Of a DNA stretch of 64,000 bases, positions 13,479-25,202 are shown piece by piece. Positions within the stretch are counted from its first letter, which is position 1. Each line of letters opens with the position of its first letter. Location of the stretch: positions 664,156 through 728,155 of the forward strand of contig CAJFCJ010000013.1 in the NCBI GenBank assembly GCA_904063045.1, in the 5' to 3' direction. The translations under genes were made by a program, and so were the position numbers. The notes under the pieces were generated by a model. That model ran no database searches. It was given only the letters and a program-made list of their open reading frames with translations, and was not told where the DNA came from. This DNA is from Dimorphilus gyrociliatus. Taxonomy: Eukaryota; Animalia; Annelida.

Positions 13479-13868
13479 CCTGATCGAAGTAGATTATCCT
13501 AAGTTTAATCTCTTAAATAGTTGAATCTACTGGATTTGAAAAAAATATTTTAAAATCATAATTATTTTAGTTTTGTTTCAAAAAACTTGAGTTTTTATAT
13601 TGTATCCTCTATTACATTTATTTTCTTGTATAATTTTGAGTCAGTCAATTGCCCAATTTGTCAAATTTAGTTCAAAAAGCTCAAGCCGAAAAAATGTTCC
13701 CTCTTTCGTCTGGCATGCGGATGTATTGATCTAAAGTTACTTTCGTATATTTCAACTATGTGGAATTTTTTTAAAAATTTCACAGATGTTTTTGAAAAAA
13801 ATTATAATTAATTTAATTCATAAAAATTATCCTTTATAATATGAGATTTCTTGTCTGCTATAGTCTTG

Positions 13869-13880
13869 TGCGCATGCGCA
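13869..13880. promoter_or_regulatory. NRF1-type palindrome TGCGCATGCGCA in the divergent region between IFT22 and the 14-3-3-like gene
   Basis: Exact palindrome followed by ATTGG. Confidence 0.55.
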
Positions 13881-14722
13881 ATTGGCTAATAGACTGTAAT
13901 CGAAGATAGACGTTTTATCTTCCTATTTATTTCCTCTGATTTTAATACTTTTAAAAAGAGGTGTTTAGTGAAATTTCAAACTGGAGCGCCTACCAGAATA
14001 CTTTCGGGACACGATGGATTGGTTTATGGGGTGAGTAGGGTGTTTAGTTGATATCGCCAAATTATACAAGTCTCTTGTTTACATTTCAACGCTCATGTAA
14101 CAGATGAAATTCAGGGCAGAATGAGAGCATGAAATGATAATATACAGTAAATAGTATAGTTTGTTATCATTTTCGTATTTGCTTTTCGAGCTGTTATCAA
14201 GTCCTTAAACAATAATCTATTTTGGAATGGCATCTGATATAAAAAGGGCCGAACTAGCTTCCAGTCAGTTAGAAAGCCTGTTTGTCACATGTGCACATCT
14301 AGGCCAATCGACAAAGCAGCGTTGCTCTTACATATACGCACAAGTGGTGCGCAAGTGCATCGTAGTAGAAATAACAAAGGAAAACTTTCTTCTTTTTGTT
14401 TTATTCAAATGTTCTCTTGGTATAATCGATTACGGTCGAGGATATCTTCGTCGTTTGAGTTAGAAAGGTTAGTAAGTTAAGAACTTTTAGAGAAGCACGT
14501 GTTAGAGTTGAAACTTTTGTATAAGAATATTTTTTTTACCGAGACTTCTAAAATATTATTAAAAACACCTAAAAGTTGTTCGGCTAAGGGTAATGATTAC
14601 GTACCGGAGTAATCATAATGAAATCCTATAATTATCGATTTAACGAGGCCTCGATCGTCGCCTTGAGCACCGACGCGTTATACGTCAGCCACCAATCAGT
14701 CAGATTAGAAATTAGATTGAAC

Positions 14723-15418
14723 ATGGCAGATTTGCGAGAGGCTTTACTATTCACAGCGAAAATAGCTGAAGGAGCTGAGCGGTTTGATGATATGTTGACT
14801 TTTATGGAGTCAATTGTAGACTTGGGTAATGATTTAACAGATGAAGAGCGAGGTTTACTTTCCTTGGCCTGTAGTGAGAAAACAATGTCTCCTATACGTT
14901 CGTGGAGAATTATTAAAGCTATACTTTCATTTGAATCTGAAGAGTCGCATGCTACTCTTGCTAACAACTATCTCAATGAACTGGCGGACGAGATTCGCAA
15001 TTTAACATCACAGACTATTTCAATGATCTGTAATAAGTTATTACCCAATGCCACGACAGCTGAGAATAAGGCTTTCTACTATAAGATGGCGGCAGATTAT
15101 AACCGCTATAGGGCGGAGATAGAGAAACCTAATAGCCAAGAGAGAAAGGAAGTGGGGGAAAAATGCTTAGCAGGTTATGCAATGGCTTCGGAAGCCGCTA
15201 AGAACCTACCGGCATACGATCCGGTGCGATTGGGAATAAATTTAAATTTATCGGTTTTGTATTCTGATATTCTTGACGATGAAAAAAGAGCGTGTGAAAT
15301 AGGCAGAGAAGCGCTTCGGAGCTCTTCAGCCGAATTAGAAAACGCCAATGAGGTCCATTACTCTTTGGCTTTACCAATAATGAGTATACTCCGGGAAAAT
15401 CTTGTGAAATGGGAATAG
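14723..15418 (+). CDS. Divergent intronless 14-3-3 family protein (231 aa from MADLRE)
   Basis: AERFDDM, LTDEERGLLS, SWRII, KAFYYKMAADYNRY, DPVRLGINLNLSVLY and IMSILRENLVKW align to the 14-3-3 helices. Single-exon ORF. An in-frame upstream ATG exists at 14618. Confidence 0.9.
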   Translation: MADLREALLFTAKIAEGAERFDDMLTFMESIVDLGNDLTDEERGLLSLACSEKTMSPIRSWRIIKAILSFESEESHATLANNYLNELADEIRNLTSQTISMICNKLLPNATTAENKAFYYKMAADYNRYRAEIEKPNSQERKEVGEKCLAGYAMASEAAKNLPAYDPVRLGINLNLSVLYSDILDDEKRACEIGREALRSSSAELENANEVHYSLALPIMSILRENLVKWE

Positions 15419-15758
15419 TTTTTTACAATCGAAGATCTGGAATAGCACTATTCACAAGACGTGCCATCTACTGGCCGTAGAGTTCTTTTTTGTTATTATT
15501 TTTTTTGTCCTTGTAGTGTTCTCCCTTAATCTCATAATACAGTATTTGCTATAGGCAGGTGGTAGGCCTATATTTTAGCGTGACTCACTTGAAATAAGAA
15601 GGCTTCGAAGGCCTAAATAGCCAATTGAGCTAAAGCGATCTAAGCAACAAACAGCTGATGGTAGATAGTCGCATTTGGTATTTTGCTTTTCGTTGATTGG
15701 CCATCTAAAAAGCGCGCGGTCATCAGTGATAGTTTGACTATGTGATTCAGTACATCGA

Positions 15759-17207
15759 ATGGATAGGTTATCGTCACCAGCAGCGGTAACGATGGGTGTA
15801 GAATGCCACCCGATTACATTTCAACCCGTTTCAGTTGTTCAAAGCACAACGAAGAAGAAATCGTTCAGACGAACCCCCTCTGTTCTTGCCAAGGTCTTTT
15901 CCACTGCTAGGTAGTATGTTATTATTGCGTATTTTTGTTTTGATACATTTAACGAACATAGCACAAAACAAAAACAAGAGAAAGGGGAAATTATATATTT
16001 GTGTATATCAAGAGAATGAAGGTAATACTTCTTAGAAAGTGACGAAATTCGATTTGTATATTACGAAACATGGCTAAATCATTTTTTATATATATATTTA
16101 ATTAATTGATTTTTTTTAATTAGTATTTTGTATTACGTTTTTTATTTTTATTTTAGGAAAGGTAAAAAGAAAGAAAAGGACGGTCTAAATGAGCGTGAAC
16201 AGCCTCCATATTTGGAAAGTGATTGGGCAACGCAAAAGTTGATTGACGTCAACATGAAGAACTTTGTTTACAGGCCAGAAGGTATCGATGTAAACGAATG
16301 GCTTGCAACACATAGTAAGAATTTTTTCTTTTAAAAAAATTATTAATTTTTTAATTCCAATCATGGATATGTTAGTCCTATTTCAATCTTTTAACTGTGT
16401 CTGTTTACTTTGCGGCTAGAAGACGTAGCAGATGTTCTTAAACTCTTCCACTCTGAGAGATAAAGTTTAGTGAGCAAATAAAAAAAATACAATACGTTAA
16501 AATTTTATGTTTTTCAATACTTGATAAGATAGAAAATAATAATAGATAAGACAACTTAATAAGATAATATATTTCTATTCACAGCCATTCATTTCTTCGA
16601 ACATGTCAATGTTTTCTACGGTCTTGTTGCTGAATATTGTACTCCAACTGATTGCCCATCCATGACTGGCCCGTCGAATATGAATTATCAATGGGTTGAC
16701 GATAAATCAAAGAAGAATAAATGCTCTGCTCCACAATATGTTGAATATGTAATGACTTCTATTCAGAGGACGATAACGGATGAAACGCTCTTCCCAACTA
16801 AATACGGACAACCTTTCCCGCAGACTTTTGATACAATCATTCGCAGACTCTTCCGTTTGTTGTTCCATGTTCTTGCACATATATATGCCGCCCATTTCCA
16901 ACATGTCGCTCAATTTGGCATGCATTCACATCTAAATACCCTCTTCCTCCATTTAATGAGTTTCGACAAGCTTTTTAAGATAGTTGATGAGAAAGAAACA
17001 GATATATTAACAGAGCTCTACATCAAACTGCAAGGCGACAGGCGCCCATCATCAAATGAGGATAATCAATCCCAATCGCCAAATAACTCTCAGTCATTCC
17101 AAGAAGACACTAAAAACTCTGAAGTTTCAAAAGTGCCGAAATCAACTGCAGACTCTACAGATACAAATACTTTAGCTGTTCAATCGCAAAATATGTGCCA
17201 AAATTAA
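15759..17207 (+). CDS. MOB2: MOB kinase activator 2, 3 exons
   Basis: Exons 15759-15910, 16157-16314, 16585-17207, phase-consistent. GIDVNEWLA, EYCTPTDCPSM, KCSAPQYVEYVM, FPTKYG and LFHVLAHIYAAHF are typical MOB2 segments. Confidence 0.93.
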
Positions 17208-17633
17208 TCCCCAATAGCAGAAGAAATCAGCTTATAAACAAAAGGTTCTTTTTGGAAATTATCGACATTATTCAAATATAGATCTAGTCAAACAAATGTT
17301 CACAACAAGTCTAATAATTATCGTTTTAAAATGTGTGTTTTCAAACAGTTTTACTCCTTTATTTAACCCATTCAAAATTAACTGTACAAATTTATTATAG
17401 AAAAAATATGAGAAACTTGTTTCAATCGAATTGGCGATTGGTAACCGTCATTCGTAAAACACTTAATACGAGTATTTAGGTAATGAAATTACAAAGAAAG
17501 GCATATAAATACAAAATGAATACATAAATTGAAAAATGTTTTAAAGTCTATATAGAATTTCTATATTTAGAGAGAAGTTGAGTTCTTCTAACTAATCTCT
17601 ATCTGTTCTCTTAATTAGGATGAAAAATATCCC

Positions 17634-18066
17634 TCATCCTCTTCCTCTGGCGCAGGGTTTATGGGATTGCCAAAGCGTTGTAGGATCATATTGATGAAAG
17701 CAGCTGAAATAATGATTAATTATTATATTATAAGACAGATGCAAACTTTCAAAGGAATTTTATTCTAAGTAAAACAGTTTATAGGTTTTTTTTTTAATTA
17801 GTGAAGCTCTTAAATCTAATTCTATTACGGACTTGGTGCAATATGATCAATTAACAAAAAAATGATGGGAACCTGAAGAGAAATGTCCATCAAGTTAAAA
17901 CTACACTATCGTTTAAAGACTATTTAATATGAAATATTACCCAAGCACAAAAAAGGCAATCGTCAATACCAGGAATACCTCCTTTACCCGCTGCAGCCAC
18001 AATGAACATTGATAGGAAGAAGGGAACTTTTTCAATGAAAAATAGCATTATCGTCTTGGGATTCAT
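17634..18066 (-). CDS. Orphan small hydrophobic protein, 3 exons, C-terminus ambiguous
   Basis: Exons 18066-17941 and 17872-17829, then either 17703-17634 (..PCFHQYDPTTLWQSHKPCARGRG*) or an acceptor at 17765 (..PIKFL*). ETS-like CCGGAAGT lies upstream near 18385-18392. Confidence 0.5.
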
Positions 18067-21000
18067 TCTTTAATTCTCCTCTCGTATTAACAATCTGTTG
18101 TTTTTTATTAAAAAAAAAACAAAAAAACAAAACAAAAATGAAGCTTTTAGTAGAGTATTTTTTTTTGTTTTCATACTAAATATAGAATAACAATCAAAAG
18201 TTATATAAAACAATAAAATAGCTAGAAAAATTAGATCATAGTATTCGTTTAATATTTCCCTATGAAATATGCTTTGGAATTATCTTAAATCTGATATTCT
18301 TTACTAAATCAAGCTGAGTATTCTTCACAGTCGAATATCTAAATTTCAAAAGAAAAGAACGAAAAATAACATGGCGACATTTCACTTCCGGTAAATTGAC
18401 TTTTATTTTTTTTTTGCGCTAAAAGTAAGTTGAAAATATGTTTTTTTCTATTGTTAAACTCCGTTATTAGTAAATCTGGTAAAATATAATTTAAAGAGGC
18501 TAATTAAAGGCGCTACAATTTCGCACAAGTAAAATTTACAGATATTTATTTGTGTGTAACTAGTTTCTTTAACAAAATAATCCAGGATCTCAGAATTGTT
18601 TTTGTACTGCAACTGTTTTCTACTATATTTAGATATGTTAAATAGTGCTGAATTGATAAATTCATTGTAAATTTAAGCTTTATTCACAACATTTTTTCCC
18701 GATTCGTTTATTTTTATCTAGTTTTTATTTAAAGTTAAAAAAGTGCATTTTTTCGTAGATAAAGAAAAATTTAAATTAAGAATAAAAAGTGTCATTAGGC
18801 TCAGGGTCACATTTTTATTCATTTATCAGATAATAGAATTGAACTTGAGATAAAGACTCTAATTGAATATTTTAAGTATTCCATTTTTATCCTTTAAAAA
18901 GTGAAAATATGAAGGGAATAATAATATTTAAAAAAAAACATTCCCTACTTAAAAAGGTTTTACCATGGCAACATGGTGTTGTTAATTACTACCAGGTAAA
19001 GAAGTTGCATAGCATTTCGTCCTGTAATAAGAATTATATCTATAAGCGCAACCTTAAGGGTAAATATAGAAGAATATCAGAAACTTAAGCAAATTAATCA
19101 TTTAAATTAGGTTAATTAATAGAAAAACGAACGCTAAAATTGGTTTACAGCATATTTTTCCATTTCATATCAAATTTCCCATTTTCCTTGACGAGTGAAG
19201 GTCTGTTTATAGAAGTTTTCCTATTCTCTTTTTTCTCTCTTTCACTCTTAGACTTCAATTATAAATGTAAATAATTATTTTACTGTTTAATAAAGGCGTC
19301 AGCAATTATTTTACAACTGTGAAAATGACTAAATTATAAATATACATATATATATATATATATATACAGTATATATAGTGTATATATAAATATAATTCGT
19401 TATTAATTAATAACTCAAGTTTCAGGATCATTATTAAGTCTAGAGTTAAAATGAGAAACACTCTATGTATATACAGTATGAGCATTTATTGTATATCGGG
19501 TTCCTCTTTCCTTCCTTTATATAAGGCGGACGTGTGGAGATAATTCCCAGTTTAATTTCTAAGATTAGATTACAAGGGCAGTAAAGTTTGCCAAATTTAT
19601 TAAAGACGGCTCTCCTTCCCGTATCGTAAGTGATACTATAATTATAAGTATTTTATCTATTTTTAAATATCCTACTATCTTTTTTTGACACAGCTATTTG
19701 TACTCTAATAATAAAAATTTAAAAAGCTGACGGAAAGAAATGCAAGATTCTGCTGTGAGATCTTTATTACAGTGAAAATAGATACATAAAATCCTTTAGT
19801 AAATTCCATACAAGATAAATATTTAATTATCATTTTTTCTATTATCTACAAATTTGGTACTTAATTTTTCTTTGAGCTGTCAAAATCATATGGAATTTTT
19901 GCATGTGTAGTATACCTTCGAGGGTAGCGTATTCTATAAAATCATAGATTATAGATAAAAGAATAGACTCTTCTCTCTAGGAAAATGACCTAGTATTTTT
20001 CCATCTTTTTCAATAACTAGACGAGAGCGTGGCAGTATTCCAGCATAGAATTTATTCTGCTTCCCTCTCCAGAGAGATGATAAAATAATTTGACAACTGA
20101 AATATTTCGTTTAGAATTCTTTTCCGATCAAATAGAGGAGCAAAAGAAAGCTGTTTACCCATTGTAAAATGATAGAAAGAGGAAAAAAAAGAGTTTGATT
20201 AGAATAAATCATAAGAAATAGCGAATATAGGATTATTTGATCAAACTTTTATTTTTCTCAAATATGAATCTCCTAATCCGATTAAATACTCTCTAAGACA
20301 ATTCTATGTACAAAGGTAAGAAATTAACAGACTTTCTACCCATAGAGTTTTTGATTAGACTGTGTTTGCCAAACAATGAAAGTAATTAAGATGAATGTAG
20401 CAAACGATTTTTCTATACTTGAGCTACAAACAAGTTGAAATAATCAGTGAGAATAGGACTACTTTTATAACATTTAAAAAGGTTTCTATATTGTATTTAT
20501 ATGGATTTTTAGAATGGGTCGAGTACTTTCTAGAGTTCTTCCTATTTAAAACTGCTTATGTATTATAAGATAAGTACATCAGTTAAATTTTGCGAATGTA
20601 ATAAGACTTAAATATTTTTATTAATTTTATTCTTCCTCTTATCCACTCTTCTCAATATTCCGCCCCTTTCACTCATTCTCTTTACAAAAGATGTAAAAAA
20701 AAATCAAATTAAACGCCTTAATTTAGTTATTCTCTATCCTTTTCTTTCAAAGATTCAACTATTTTTATATTAAACTTGATTAAGCGTGGAGAAGTTTACA
20801 AAACTAATCGAATATGGCCACATAAATTTCTCTCTCTGTCTCTCTATCTATCTGTCTCGCTGTCCGATATAAAGTAGCCATTAAACATTTGTAAACAGAA
20901 CGTTAAAGTTTCGTAGGACTGTTAAAACTAACTGTATTTATCAGAAATCTTATAGGGTTTATGTCAGATCTGTCTCTTGAAATGTGAATTAGTAAACAAA

Positions 21001-22616
21001 TAAGGAAGGAAGTTTTATTCTCAAACAGAGTACATAGATGCGTGCGTGTAAAATCTTTCTCTTTATCAATCATCTGTCTCTCTTATTTCTTTCCTTTTCT
21101 GATTATACAAAAGAAAACCCAAGAATAAACAAATGAAAAGAATATAAGAAGTTGATTGTTGTAACTCATTTTTTTTTATCTTTTAATCACTTTTCTTTGA
21201 ACCATTGTTATATATAATATTCTTTTTTGTCAATATATATATATATATATTTATATAACTAAAGTATATGTATGTAATTTATTCACAAATATTTTCATCT
21301 GACTTCATTTTAGTGTATCTTAGACTCTTTTCAAACAATTCTTAAGCCATTTGAAATAACATAAGTATCCAAACCAACGCCCATAGAACTTAAGAATAAA
21401 TATATGGCCAAGTTGATAGATAAGAATGATTAATATATCTATTAATTATTAATCCATCACTTTTACTTCCTATCATACTGACTATTTACATATCTATGCT
21501 TCTTAACACATATTTTATTAGACTTGGAAAATACTTGCAATACTTTATTTTTCCTTTTCCTTTTCTTCATGTTTTCTAGTTGTTTAACTTAGTTTTCAAA
21601 TATTTTTTAATTAAAATTATAAATTGCTTAGTGACAATAATTATTTTTGGTTTAATATAACATTGCAGTCAGTTTTTCCAGATTATATTCGGTTATCAGT
21701 TTCTCTCGACATTTTTTTTTTGATGTAGTTATACAAGAAAAAACGTTTTCGGAATTGATTTATTTTAGAGTTTTTGTATTAATCGATAATATATGCTATT
21801 TTAGCGAATTTCCTTTTTTAAAAATATTACGCTTTATTAGCGGTTGACAGGTATTTTTTCTACAAAGAGGGCTATACTTTAGTCTAGAGCTACTAGATGG
21901 CGCTTTCTTTTTCCGGACTGTTTTTATATTTCGTTTGGCGCCGCTTTTAATTTTACAACAAGGTAATTTTAATAATACATCATAAAAATATAGCCTAAAT
22001 ATATTAGATAAATACTTATTGAACCATATTTGCTACTTTTAGAGGAAATAATTGGAAAGTCTTTTGCCTGGAGCTCACCACCTCTTCCGGTATCAAGGAG
22101 ATTTTCTGATTGAATTTAATGGCTAGTAACAAAACCTTTGCTAAAAGATTTTAAAAGTGTTATTTAAGGAAGAATGATAAAAAAATCGAGTAGGATTAAA
22201 ATAGAAAGAATTGCGGCCCCTGCGAAAAGTTTGTTTGGATAGATTAGAAATGACCTCTTATCCACTATATATATTATTATTTTGTTTACAATACAATTAC
22301 ATAAGTATTTATTTACTTTTAAAGTATAATTTGCAATATAAAAACAATTAATTTATCTTAAGAGGTGTATTCCCGAAAGAAGTAAAGAGAAGAGAAGGGA
22401 ACAAAGGTCTATAGTTATCACTTTTCCCCCTCCTTCTTTCTCTCTCTCTCTCTCTATCTCTCTCTCTCCACGAAAGATGTTTAATTTTTGCACTCCGCCC
22501 CCGAGATATTTTTACGAAGGAACAAGAAATTCCGGGAGCAGCCGTTTGCAGTCTCTACTGCCTGACCTACTTTTAACTGTGTAGATTATTTTGTACTTCT
22601 CAGTAGCACTGCAAAA

Positions 22617-24535
22617 ATGGCTGATGGTAAGATGGATCTATCAAATCTAAACGAAATTGAAGATGAGGAAAAATTGCATAAAATGGTATTGCACAAAAAA
22701 TATTGTCCTTTTATAAAAAGTTCACGATTCGAACTTAAAGGAAAATTATTAATTATTCTAATAGATTAATGACACAAGCGATTTTGATGAGAGGAAGAAG
22801 ATTAGAGGAAGACTGAAGGAACTTCGAGAGAAGAGATCAGGTTCTATTTTAGTGTAGAGTATATTAAATTTATTAACAAAACTAACTTTTCTTTCCCTTT
22901 ATCGTTAAATTCTTTTGTTACCTCTGACCAAAAAACAAACATACTACGACCAATTGCAAACAACTTTTAGTCGAGTTTGAAAAACGACGCAAAGCTGCTG
23001 AAGAGGCCCGTGAGAACGCTATTAAAGAAAGGCAGAGGTTAGCGAACGAGGAGAAGGAGAGGAAATTAAAGGAATATAAAGAAAAAGCCCAACAACCTAG
23101 GATAGAAAGCAACTATGTTGAAGATTCTATTCGCAAAAGACAAAAGGAGGCAGACGAGCAAAAAGCCAAGAAACTTGCATCCTATTCCTCCCCTTCCACT
23201 ACAGGTTTTTTTTCTAATTATCCTACTCTTCCTTCCGATCTAACAGAGAGAAAATTCTCTATTTAAACTCTCTAGTCTAATGTTAGACGGGAAATTTATT
23301 ATTTATAAAAACTTGTCAGATAAAAAAGTTAGCGAAGAAACAGTCTCAAGGTCATCGAAGAGTGAAACAACAACCGATGGTAAAAAGAGAACAACTACAG
23401 TTACAACAACTACTACTCGTATCAAAGGTTACCTTCTTCCGCAAATAATTAATCGATGAGCTAATTTACTTATATGTTACGTAATTCTTTGTTTGTACAG
23501 GTGAAAATAATACTGTAACGAAGCAAACCAAACAAATAACTCAAGTGGGTGGAGTAGGTGGTACTGGATATAAAATGACAAAAGTCCAATCTCCAGGTTA
23601 GATTCTAACTAAAGAAAGAATAAAATTTATAAAAGAAAATTCTACCATTTTATTTTCATCTTTCCTTTATTAACCTCTGCGTATGTTTGGTGTGATACTG
23701 ACGTAGACGATGTTTTGGAGAAAATTACGAATAAGCTGGAAGAACATTCACTTCCCGGAACGCACGGAAGAGCCACGGTCCGGACAGAGCATTGGAATTG
23801 TCGTAAGGGGACAACCGTAAAGGATGAGAAGACGAAAATGTGGACAGGTGCATGTTCCTCCAGAAGAGAGATATACGATGTCCATGTTATTCTCTTTTTT
23901 TCTCTCTCTCTCTTTCTGTCTTTATTTTATTTTTATTAGTTATATTCTTTTTGTTCTTTTTAAAAATCTTCACCAGGTATCTGTATTAAAATTTCCTTCC
24001 TTTCTTTCCAATCACCCCTACAGCGAAATTAAACGATGGACAGGATGGCGCAGCAGGAGCGGCTGGTGGACCTGTAGTTCAAAGATCAGCCAGTACCATA
24101 AAACAAGTGATGCTTGAATGGTGTAAATCAATGACAAAGGATTATGAACATGTCGATATAAGAAACTTTTCTAATAGTTGGAATGACGGAATGGCTTTTT
24201 GCGCTTTAATCCATCATTTCTATCCAAGAACGTTTGATTTTAAAAGATTGAATCCAAAAGCCAGACGAGCAAATTTTACATTGGCCTTTACAGTTGCCGA
24301 AAAGGAGGCAGACATCGCTCCATTGCTGGATGTAGACGATATGGTCAGAATGAAAAATCCAGACTGGAAATGTGTGTTTACCTACGTTCAAAGTTTTTAT
24401 AGGCGTTTTAGAAATTGGGATGAGGAAAGCGAGAAGAAGAAGAGAGAAGAGGCGGAAAAGAAGAAGGAAGAGAAAAAAAAACAGGAAGAAAAGAAAGTAG
24501 AAGAAACCGATAAGAAAGAAGAGAATGAACAATAG
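22617..24535 (+). CDS. Smoothelin-like protein: smoothelin domain, coiled coil, C-terminal calponin-homology domain, K/E-rich tail
   Basis: Exons 22617-22685, 22765-22840, 22971-23204, 23320-23427, 23501-23596, 23707-23847, 24024-24535. DFDERKKIRGRLKELR resembles the smoothelin motif; LEWCK...NFSNSWNDGMAFCALIHHFYP...PDWKCVFTYVQSFY is the smoothelin/MICAL-type CH domain. Confidence 0.88.
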
Positions 24536-25202
24536 ACTATGTCTCTTTTGTAAATATATAAATATATGCATATGTGTATACATAAGGAAAGCAATAAGCA
24601 AATTCAATTCGGCTACATATAGAGTATAATCCCTTTTAAAACAATGAAAAGGCCTAGTATTTACATTTATAGTCAAATATTTAATAAAATAATGAATAAG
24701 CGTATAGTAAAGAGTAGCATTTATTAAATTGTTCCCAAACAATACAATAAAACTCTACTGAAATTATTTATACTCTTCCCCGACTATATGGTTTATAAAA
24801 ACGGCGTCGATTTCTCCCCTAACCTTCCCCCCCCCCAGTCACATGACTGCATTATTTATCTAACCAGATCGAAATAGGCTTAAATAGGAAAATGAAGAAT
24901 ATTTATACAAACATGTGTTTACAGTCGTACCAAACCTAGTTTGTCTGAATAATGGAGTAGATAAAAAAAAATAAGAGATTTTTATATAAATAAATCGAGA
25001 TTTTTATTTTTCATTCATATAAATAAAACATTATGATTATTGTGTTTCTATTTTTAAACTTTCCAGATTATTTGAGTTCTATTTTTAAATTAAAAAAAAA
25101 ACATTCTCTTCTTTAGTTCCATTCCTATTTTTCCAAGTATAAATATCGAAATCCATTTATCCATTTGTCCATTTTCATTTGATCCCGTTGTTGATTCCAC
25201 GT

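Noticed and set aside
14227-14463. 78-aa ATG ORF as a standalone gene
   Set aside because: No recognisable homology or splice support; kept only as a possible uORF or leader feature.
24206-24742. 178-aa hydrophobic minus-strand ORF
   Set aside because: Antisense of the K/E-rich smoothelin tail, which naturally reads as F/L-rich.
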